Assembly (NCBI RefSeq): GCF_037042905.1
Contig: NC_087250.1
Coordinates: 10,542,001 to 10,606,000, forward strand
DNA from: Lytechinus pictus
Taxonomy: Eukaryota
Direction of reading: 5' to 3'
Length of the DNA stretch: 64,000 nt
Numbering within the stretch: the stretch's first letter is position 1; each line of letters begins with the position of its first letter. The position numbers were made by a program, and so were the translations under genes. Below the pieces are notes generated by a model. It saw nothing but the letters and a program-made list of their open reading frames with translations. It had not been told where the DNA came from and made no database searches. Shown in pieces: positions 54,121-64,000 of the stretch.

Positions 54121-54368
54121 CAGGGGCGGATCCAGGATTTTCCAAAAAGGGGGGGGGGGGCACATTTTCCTAAAATGACACGCAAAAAAGTTTTCCACCT
54201 ATAACTTAAGGTAATTCGTCCACAAAAATAATTAGCAAGCAGAAAAGGGCCTCGCTTTAAAAAGGGGGCACACTTGAGTTAGAACCGCATATTTGCTAAG
54301 ATTTTAATTGTACATCTCAAGGGGGGGGGGGGGGCACGGGCCGGCTGTGCCCCATGGATCCGCCAGTG
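54121..54368. mobile_element. hAT-like MITE
   Basis: caggggcggatcca / tggatccgccagtg ends; TSD acattaat / acatgaat. Confidence 0.7.
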
Positions 54369-54785
54369 ACATGAATATCTATTCATCATGAACCATCATG
54401 ATGTGGAAATAAAGAAAATTATCTTTATTACAGAATGTTCAGTTATTTTGTGTTATCCAGGTTAAACTATGAAAGTAGTTCAAAGTAAACCCGAACTTGT
54501 TCGTTTCGGAGGGTTAATGGCTGCACACATTGGTGTTTACATTAAAAAAAATCGTTGGGTTCGCATGTGACACGCTGTTCTGCTTACGAACTTAAGATCC
54601 TTTCATTAGTCACTAATTGAAATCATTTTGGCAAGAAAATGGTTGAGTTTAGTCATCTAAATGACAAAGTATAGACCTAAAATGACAAAAAACAACATAA
54701 TATTTAATCAGTTCTTATAGCCCATTTCGTCGACAAGAGTCCGGTCAAGGATAATAATTATTGTGACGTAGCCTATCTTTATCAT

Positions 54786-55032
54786 CTTTACCTCTGCCAT
54801 TTTTACCTATGTCATTATACCTCTGCCATTTTTGCCTCTGCCATTTTTACCTCTGCCATTTTTACCTCTGCCATTATTACCTCTGCCATTTTTACCTCTG
54901 CCATTTTTACCTCTGCCATTTTTACCTCTGCCATTTTTACCTCTGCCATTATTACCTCTGCCGTTTTTACCTCTGCCATTTTTACCTCTGCCATTATTAC
55001 CTCTGCCATTATTACCTCTGCCATTTTTACCT
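54786..55032. repeat. 15-bp minisatellite (tacctctgccatttt)n, about 16 units
   Basis: Directly visible; explains the repetitive ORFs at 54807-55171. Confidence 0.95.
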
Positions 55033-56671
55033 GGCACCGGGAAGGGAAAGGGAAAGGAAAGAAAAAAAAGGGGAAAGGGAAAGGAAAAGGGAAAGGGAAA
55101 AGAAAACTAAGAAAAAACATAAAAAAGGGAAAACTGAAAGATAACGGGAAAAGGAAGGAAAAAAAAAACAAATGAGAAAGAACAATTCGCCCCGATATAC
55201 AAATACATTAGCATGATTAGTAAGACAGGGAAATAAATTAAAGATGACAAAAAGCCAAACAAAAGCGGGAAATAAAGGCAGAATGGAATTAGCCAAAATC
55301 TAAATTGGAAAATAAAGAATAGGGACAAGATAACGTACACTACCGGGCTGCCGAGGATTGAGATAACGAGCGGGAAGAGAAATGGATGGTATATAGTATA
55401 ATGTCGTATGAAAGGCTATCATAAACTTGCTAAATCTCCAAAGGCTCTGTCCAAGAGTCAAGACCCCGTGCAGTGGGGGCTCTTCATCTGTAACCTTTAA
55501 TGGGTTCTATAACGGTCCCCTATATGGACCCTTCCTGCATTAAGCTTTACGTTGAAGCACTGGCGTACCGGGGGGTGGTTCCACAGCCAAGGGGAAATAA
55601 AAGAAAATGAAGGAGGCAGCGAAATGAGATGAATGAAAAAAAATAAATGACATGATATTTGCTATAATGATGTAACAATCTATCACATAATTAGAATTTC
55701 ATTTTAACAGGCCTTTTTTTTCTGGCTCGCTTCGCTCGCTGGCGACTTTTTACAAATTTTCCCACATTTGCTATGGTGTGCCCCTCACAATATTTGGATG
55801 ATTACGATACACAACTGTATTGAATTTATGTGTTGTGTTAAAGCTATATGAATATACACGCAATTTGATTGAAATAAGTGGCCATCTGTAAGGTTTAAAA
55901 TGGCTTTGATATCAAGAGGTTCCGGGGCTCTGTCCTGGACCCCACCCATTCAGGGATTTTATATGGATGAGTTTAGACCATGGCCCCCAACAGTTCTAAA
56001 ACCAAACAAAAAAAATGAGGAAAGAAAGGAAAGTGTATTATATTTTTCTGAATATCACGTTAAAATCTATCTTCATGTTAGATTCTCATGAAAAGGGGAT
56101 TTTTTTTTATCTCGCTCGCTTCGCTCACTCGGGACCTATATTAAGCTACTTCTTGCCAGAAGCGCGATACTCGGCCCCCTCGAGCATATAGAGCTTCGCC
56201 CTGATGCTCACAATCATAACAAAAATCCTGTTCACCGTGGCGTACAAAAAAAGAGAGAAAAAAGGAAAGAGAGGAGGGTGAAATATGATATCATCTTTTA
56301 ATATTATGTCAAAATCTATCACAAAATTTGATTTTTGCAATAAAAATGTCAAAAATTTTTGCTCGCTCGCTTCGCTCGCTTATATATATTTGCCCGATAC
56401 GCCATATCGCCCCTTCAAATTTTTGCCTTATGACGCCATTGCCTGTTCCATGATATAACCGGGAAATTTTTGGCTCTTGCCCCCCCTGGCCACCGACCCC
56501 TGTTACGCCGCTGCCTGGTGCTCGCATTGTCTGTTTAACTAGATATAATATATCAAATATTTTTCGGAACACTATAGTTTTCAAGTATATTTGAGAAACC
56601 TGACGTTGTCAAATTAAGTCAATGTACACCAAATATACAGTGCGTCCCAGAAAAAACGAAACCGAGATTAA

Positions 56672-57441
56672 CCCTAAAATGGCCGGGGGGGGGGGGTTGA
56701 ATCAACCCCCCCCTAAACATTTTCTGCGATCATTCTGCTGCGCGAAATTTTTTGACCGCGCCACTCGCAGAGTTTATACTTTTAAGTCTCGCGCATCTTT
56801 TGAGACCAAATTTACGACGCCCGGGTACGCGGTTTCGAAATTACGCAACATTTTGTAAGTGCATGTCAGACCAAAAATTGTTCCAAAACGTGATTTTGTG
56901 TACAAAGTCAATGCAAATTGAGTTTTCTCATCTTATTCATAAAGATATGATTATTTTTATTTTAAACAGCTGAAAGCAATTGATTTTAGCATAATTATGC
57001 TTCAAAAAGGTTGTGCAATAAATCTGGTGAAAAAACAAAGAAAAACAAAAGGTTGAAAAACAAAGAAATACATAAGAAATTCATAAAACAATAAAATACA
57101 TAAGTAATTGATTTCCAAACCGAAGTTTTTTTCAATTGCCATTGTTAAGAATGCTACAAAGAATATTTTTACCAAAAATAAGCATTCTAGGAGCTTTATT
57201 TAGTGAATTAGAGCAAAAAGTATGATTTATGCATAAATTAGCATAATCAATTCATATAAAATAAAATCTCATTATTTTGGGAAATTTTACCATACAGCCT
57301 TGTAGATTACATCGCACACTACCAGCGTGCAAATTTTTGCGGCGCTTGCGCGATCGGCGGCCGAGATCTCAGGGGGGGGGGATTGAATCAACCCCCCCCC
57401 CCCGGCCACAGAACAGCAAAAAAAGCCCGGCCTAGTTAGGG
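56672..57441. mobile_element. piggyBac-like non-autonomous element
   Basis: TTAA flanks, CCCT…AGGG ends; inserted in another repeat that begins tacagtgcgtcccag at ~56636. Confidence 0.85.
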
Positions 57442-59265
57442 TTAAGCGATGATTTATCATAACTTAATCATAAAATAGATAAATGACCTACCAATGTAAA
57501 GCCTAGTATCTCCTCTTTCATCTGATATTACTTAGATTATTCCTCATTCACGCACGAGTGAGCAAAAACAATTTGAAGAAAGGATGCCAAAAACTCATTT
57601 GGCGAGGGGTATCTGAATTTCAAAAAGAAAATCACATGCCTAAAAAGTTCAATATCTGCTCTTTTATTTGATACCTTAATCACAAAAAATGGTCAATGTT
57701 CTTGAAGAATGCTGTAAGACCTCACCGATTTTAAGTCTTTCAGTGGTCTTTCAATTGTCTCCGTTCTATGGAATGGGGGCCTAATGTCATGTTAAACATA
57801 AATTGTAGAGAATTCTTTATCTTTACCAAAAATTGGCAAAGGATTACATTCCAACACAATATGAACAAAAGTTTCTTCTGCTTCACAGAACATACAAGAT
57901 GTGTCATTAGCTTGAAATATTATAATGCATTATTTTTTTTACGATTTATAAATCTTGCATAAATTAAGGCCCCTGTTTGGAACTGTTTGTGGGTGATCCG
58001 CCATTCTCGCAAACAATACCGCGGTCCAATTACTTAATGAAATAACGCTTTCATTGGAATAAAAAACAACAACAAACAAACCAAAAAAGGAAAAAAAACA
58101 AAAAACCCAAACCACAACTAAGCAAATTACAAAAACAAAGCAATTCCGACAACGGGAAGCAACCCCAATCACGGCAAGTGTTCATATATTGATAGATACC
58201 CCGACCAGCCTACGACTATCCACACTCGTGTGTGACCTGGTGCGGGCCGGGGGGGGGGGGGGGGCACTATAATTTGGAAAAGTTAAATGTAGGGTTGTGA
58301 AACCATAAGAACTCAAGTTGCTTATGAACTCGATGGACCTCTGCAAATGGGGGTGCATGCATGGGAACAGTGAATTCAACATGAAATGGGAGTCTTCGAG
58401 ATAATGATGCCTTAAAATGAGGGGCTTAGGGGCCGAACGTACCTATACTGCCATTTTACGCGAGACCCCCCCCCCCGATATGTGACTTTAAAGGAACTGA
58501 GCCTCCCTTCCTCCCTTCCTCCCTTCTCCTCAATCACCAATAAACGCGTTGGCCATTTAATATACGTCTCACTTCGGTGGCTACTTCCCCTATATGGCTA
58601 TTATCCTCATCTTGACCATCCTCAACCATACCCAATTAGCGTAATGGTCAAAATAGGAGTAGACCTACTATATTCAGCCCAACCCCCTCTGAAGCCAATT
58701 TGATGCCGCATGCAAGGATAATTTTTTAAAGATATTATTATCATCAAAAGAGATAAAAGAACAACATTGAGAGAAAGTAAAGGGGATGCCTTGGAAGAGG
58801 GGATGGGGGGGGGGGGGGTGGCATAACAATGCATATTCCGTCGGTGACTTTAAGACACTGTTCAAAATGAATTCCTGTATGAGTTTTGATCGAGATGCTT
58901 TTTTGTGATACTGAAGGAGCATTTAGCCTACTAGTCATGATTTGTTTTGTATTGAATGTTTTATGATTCATTTATTTATTCATTTGTTCGTTTGGTGGAG
59001 GTAACTATCATTTAACATTAAGCGTACTAATTAGCCTACTATGCCAATTTGATAAAAAAGAAGAAGTTCCAAGTCATAACACATAAACTGCTCACTTAGT
59101 ATAAGTATATTTTGCATTTGATGTATTTTTTTCAATATGAAGAATGAATAAAGAATAACGTGAAGGTCTATTTAGTATATTAGTTTTCCAAGGATTGTGA
59201 TGGGATAATTTCCATGATTAATTTGTTATCACTCTAACTCATTGCTTCGTTAATTAATTGGACCT

Positions 59266-59412
59266 GGGGCCCGTTGCAGAAAGAGTTACGTTTAAACGCA
59301 AGTCAAAAAATCAAACGCAAGTCCCAAATGCGCGCTGTTGATTGGTTGAAAATCAAGTTGCGCATGATTTTTAGAGTTGCGATTGATTGCAACTCTTTCT
59401 GCAACGGGCCCC
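59266..59412. mobile_element. ~147-bp MITE (ggggcccgttgcagaaagag family)
   Basis: TIRs visible; near-identical copies at 3499-3645 and 61642-61788. Confidence 0.8.
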
Positions 59413-59702
59413 TGGATTGGATTGTCTGCCGGAAGAGATTGAAATTGATGACCACTCTAATTTGGAAGTTGGCGTGCTATATTATAATGGCATGCTATTC
59501 AGTCGTCCAAGATATTGTATGTCAACGTGGGCTTAATAAACCGTGCCGAAGCCATAATTTTCACCCTGGTTGATGCTGATTTCTACCAGTTCAAAAAAGA
59601 CGATTTAAAAAGTGACACAATTTTGCTTAAGTTGTATCCTCATCCAGCCACTGGAACCACCCAACGATTCGAGGCTTTTCTGTTTGACTGTCCTAATGAC
59701 GT

Positions 59703-59839
59703 ATAATAATAATATAGGGTATTTATATTGCGCACATATCCACCTTGTTAGGTGCTCAAGGCGCTCCTATATTACCGGGCTAAGCTAGGCGTTCATAGCG
59801 CACACAGCTTTTTAAGGAATTTCTTCCTACCGGTACCCA
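59703..59839 (-). mobile_element. SINE 3' fragment
   Basis: Near-exact reverse complement of 3067-3200. Confidence 0.8.
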
Positions 59840-61641
59840 CCGGTATATACACCTTACGGTCAGAAAAATTTGACAACGAAGACGATTTAGCAAGACGATT
59901 TAGCAAGAGGGAAGGAAGAAAACAAGAAGAACAAAGTTTTGAAAGATTAAGATAAAAAAAAAAGCACAAGGAGAGGAAAGGCGAGCAAGAGAGACACAGA
60001 AGAAGAAAACCAATAAATTAACGAATGCGAACAAGGAGTGGAATATAAGAATCAATAGAAGAAGGAGAAGAAGAAGAAGAAGGTGGAGAAGGAAGTGTAT
60101 TACATAGAGAGCAGAATAAGTATAGGCCTACTGGAGGAGTGAGAAAGTGAAAAAGAGTAAGGAGTAGGGATGAAGTGAAGGAGAAAGGAAAGTGGAAGAA
60201 GAAGGAGGATAAGAAACAAAAAGCGAGAAGGGAAGATTATCAGCAGCAGTGGCTTGACTTCAACACCAGCATTGGTGACAACAAAGATACCCCTCGTATT
60301 CTGAAGTCGGATTTGATTTAAACTCTGGTCTAGAATACGAGTCTCAATGCTTCATCAATCATCAGGACTTGACAATACGGAAGAATCCCGTGGTATGCAG
60401 ACAGTAAAAAGACTGAAATTTAGGAATAAGATGGTGAGTTATCTTCTAAAAATAGTCACTATCAGGAGCTCACCCTTTAGAAAAGGTTTGTTTTAAAAAT
60501 ACCAGAAGAGAAATAGTTTAAAGGAAAATCAATCAAAGATTAATAAAGTTAAAAGTGATTTTTTTTATTTGTGACGTCATTATAAGAGAATATATGTGTT
60601 AAATTGAGTATACAATGCATAAATGTCAATTTTTCAATGGTTTCCATGGTGACTAATTTCTCTATCTTTCATGAGAAGTTATAAAATAATTTCTCATCTG
60701 TTGATGTTCTGAAGGTGCAATGAAAACCATTTTCACCTTTCCAGTAGAAAATGACGCTTTATTTATTTATTTTGTTTTACACACGAAAAATTGAGAAGTT
60801 TCTCGCATAGGATGTCACAAGTCAAATAATTACAATTCTAACAACATTCTAAATATTTGATAGATTCCCTAACACTTAACCAACATTTTCATTATGGTTT
60901 GCAACTTTTTCAATAAGTTTTCTGCCTTTTTGGCCCATTTTTTTATCCTCCTCATACGTTTTCTCTTCAAGTTATAATTCTTTTTTTTGTTTTAAATTCT
61001 GAACTTCCACCATAAGTGAATAATATTATATATTTTGTTCATTCTTGATCATTAGATCCTAACGCTTTGCACCATTCTTCAAATAGCAGTTTATATAGAT
61101 GGTAAGTTCTCTCATAATGATCATGCCTACTGGAAAGAACACAATGTCCCACGGTGTGTTCACAGTGTGGAAAACAATATGGAATCATTTTCACTCTGTT
61201 AGATTTGAGTATTTCAACAGACGAGTGTGATTCACATAGTCGACCATGTGAACACACTGTGAACAGTCACACCGTCGAGGTGTCCACAGTGTGAAAATAT
61301 CTTCACACTGTTGAATTTGAGCATTTTAACAGTATGAAAAATAAACTATTTTCACATCGTCTTTATGTGAATACACTGTGTCACATACTGTGTGACACTA
61401 TGTTTCAAGAAGGGATGCTTATGATTAGTTTTTATTTTTAAGGGAGTAGATAGGCCTACCTCTTTGAACTATTTAATGCGAAATGGGTTGAAATATTATG
61501 TTTGAGGTGTGTAAATCGCGAGTTTTTAGCAATTCCTACGCACACGCAATTCTGGAACGTTGAGAATCTATTGAAAATGGTCATCAGATCACGATGAACG
61601 GCTAAGAGGTCATTGTCGAAAATTGGTAAACCGGGACAGCA

Positions 61642-61788
61642 GGGGCCCGTTGCAGAAAGAGTTGCAATTAATCGCAACTCTAAAAATCATGCGTAACTTG
61701 ATTTTCAACCAATCAACAGCGCGTATTTTTGACTTGCGATTGATTATTTGGCTTGCGTTCAAACGCAATTCTTTCTGCAACAGGCCCC
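61642..61788. mobile_element. ~147-bp MITE, same family
   Basis: Inverted copy of 59266-59412. Confidence 0.8.
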
Positions 61789-62074
61789 TTAAGATTCGGA
61801 GCTGACGAAGAATTGCAAATGCGTCGTTTGTCCAGAGCCCATGGCGACACTGCTGTTTTGATTCAACCAATTTTCGACATAGGCTGCTTTGTTATGAAGG
61901 GCATTTGACAATAGATTCTCAGCGTTCCAGAAAGTGTCTGCCTAGTGGTAGTAAAAACTCCCTAATATGTTCAGATGAATAACTAAAGATCCAGGAAGAG
62001 GAATGTTTTAAAAGAGAATAATGTCATTTTTTGGATGTATATGACTACATGATAATAATAATTGTAATAGTAAT

Positions 62075-62740
62075 AATGCAGTTCAAGTATAGCGCATATC
62101 AAATTATGTCATAACGTCCCTATGCGCTTCCAGAGGACTTGGATATTATTACCCTGGCTTTAGCCCCGCAGCCTTTTACAGCGCGTTGGCATTTCAAGGA
62201 ATGAATTCCTGCCGGGTACCCATTCATCTCACCTGGGTTGAGTGCACAATGTGGATAAATTCCTTGCTGGAGGGAATTACACCATGCCTGGGATTCGAAC
62301 CCACGACCCCCTGTTTCAAAGTCAGAAGATTATTCCACTGGGCCACAACGCTCCACATTGGCATTCATTATTTTTATTTTCGCAGTAGACATGCCCTTCT
62401 AGCTTATGGAAGTTACAACGACCTATCAAGTCATGTAACGACTATATTTTACGACTATATATGTGAAGAGGGGGGGGGGGCGTCGTGGTCTAGGGCTTAC
62501 GTCTCTTGTCTTTCAATCAGAGGGACGCGGGTTCAAATGCCAGCTATTGCATGTTTTCTTCAGCAATAAATTTACCCCAATTGTGGTGCACTCAGCTAAC
62601 CCAAGTGAGTTGAATGGGTACCCAGTATATTATTTCCTTGAATGCACTAAGTGGAGGAAGACAGCTCGAGCTAAAGCCGGAGTAATAATATTAACAATGC
62701 GCCTCAGAATTCATTACTTTCAGATAAATGGTGCTATATC
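62075..62740. mobile_element. Two head-to-head SINEs (62075-62356 -, 62478-62740 +)
   Basis: Core and A/B-box motifs as in the other copies. Confidence 0.75.
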
Positions 62741-64000
62741 GTTTGGAGTAATGGTCATTCTTGGCTGCACACTTGAACTACCCGGGCCCGGCCGTCTTAC
62801 AAAGAGTTGCGATCACTGATCTCTCCTCTACAGGAGAGATCAGTGGTTGCGATTGATCCGATCAACCACAACTATGGAAAGCCAGCAGCGTCAACATCTA
62901 AAATACGTGTTGAAAATATTTTCCAGATATAATGTATATTTATACATTAATTGTTCTGTTGAAAATTCAGTGTACAAAGGATATTGTGCAAATTTCCTGC
63001 AGTAAAAATTATGACATTGATGAATTTCCATACAGCTGTTGATCGGATCAATCGTAACTCTTGGACCTTGGCAGTATGAGGAACCCTAGGTAGACCATTG
63101 ATGCTGCTGAGTAGGGCCATCCTCCCGTTTTCATTTGTCAACTTCACTTTACAATTCGTGGAGAGCCATGCAACTCATAATTACGAAATCTGTAAAACTT
63201 TAACATTTTGCTATTTTATACACAGGATTGGAAAATCTTGAAAGGCCGTGCATTTCCTTCATGCCATGTAGCTTTATTACATCGCGTAATAATGACGTCA
63301 TCGAATTAATCCCGAAGATTTCAAGCAAAATGATGACAGACAATGCCTTTAACAGAAATCTTGAGGAAACTACGATGTTAATGTGTTCTTTGCCAGGTAT
63401 GAAAATAAAGTTACTTGAGTGTGATAAAAGTGAGTGAGAGAGAAACAAAGAGGGGGGGGGATCAAGAAAGTTGCTATAATTATTATAATAATAAACATGA
63501 ATTTGTATAGCGCAGTTTTTATATGAATTTATTCGGCTGCACTTGTTCAGAATTCTTTTTACTGAACTCTACATTGCTCATTTATATTTCACAAATTATA
63601 TGCGCAGTTGATAACAAATCAATGAAATAATGGAAAATCGATGTGCAGTTTTTGTTTACCTTTGTACTGCTTCACTCCCTTCTCACGGTGACGATCATAG
63701 GACCAAAGAAGACTAGCATGAAGAGAATGTTATTCAGATGACAATTACAGTCACCTGTTAGTGAATTCGTTATCTAAGCGATGAATGTCCACCTCTTCAT
63801 AGGTCCATGGTTTAACAGTAGGAAGACCGGGCTTACTCGACCATTGGCTCATTAGCATAATTATATTCTTTGTTAGGTTTCCGTCACTGATCTATAACAT
63901 GAGAGTGGATTCATATTCACACATGACTGACATGAGCTTCTGCGCAAATCGTTTCTGATGTGCCTCAATATTTATTGTTTGTAATCCGTCTTGCATGAAC

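Larger units (their letters stand above)
53090..55038. mobile_element. Foldback/MULE-like non-autonomous transposon with 15-bp tandem-repeat arms
   Basis: 9-bp TSD gggaaggga (53081-53089 and 55039-55047); GG termini; left arm (gtaaaaatggcagag)n, right arm is the reverse complement (54786-55030). Confidence 0.8.
52965..56513. mobile_element. hAT-like non-autonomous element hosting the foldback insertion
   Basis: Terminal inverted repeats (TIRs) cagtggcgtaacagg / cctgttacgccgctg; 8-bp TSD catggtgc / cctggtgc (7 of 8 match). Confidence 0.75.

Noticed and set aside
54807..55171. Repetitive ORFs (GRGKN, MAEVK, CHFYL, LPLPF repeats)
   Set aside because: Artefacts of the 15-bp stop-free minisatellite arm of the foldback element

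Overview
AT-rich, repeat-dense eukaryotic (animal) genomic DNA. The SINE and MITE repertoire suggests a sea urchin or other echinoderm, which is an inference. Two intron-containing genes converge tail-to-tail. On the + strand are the last four coding exons of an RP2/XRP2 orthologue (960-4904). On the - strand is a complete 12-coding-exon ALDH3-family fatty aldehyde dehydrogenase (CDS 29744 to 12716, 504 aa, with a C-terminal membrane anchor) and a possible non-coding first exon near 51.7 kb. The largest feature is an intact 6.8-kb LTR retrotransposon (35502-42338). It has 257-bp LTRs with 3 mismatches, a CCGTT target-site duplication (TSD), a tRNA-Pro primer-binding site (PBS) and a polypurine tract (PPT). 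Its single ORF has gypsy-type domains in the inverted order PR-INT-RT-RH plus a SCAN-like Gag (Gmr1-like group), and it is nested in an element with Helentron-type ends. Other notable structure includes degenerate tandem 'echo' copies of ALDH exon/splice-site junctions, one of which creates an in-frame alternative acceptor. There is also a foldback transposon with 15-bp-repeat arms inside a multi-level TE nest (52.3-57.5 kb), and a transposon-like element carrying a mosaic 110-bp tandem array. Background repeats are many tRNA-derived SINEs, L2-like LINE relics, MITEs and long microsatellites.
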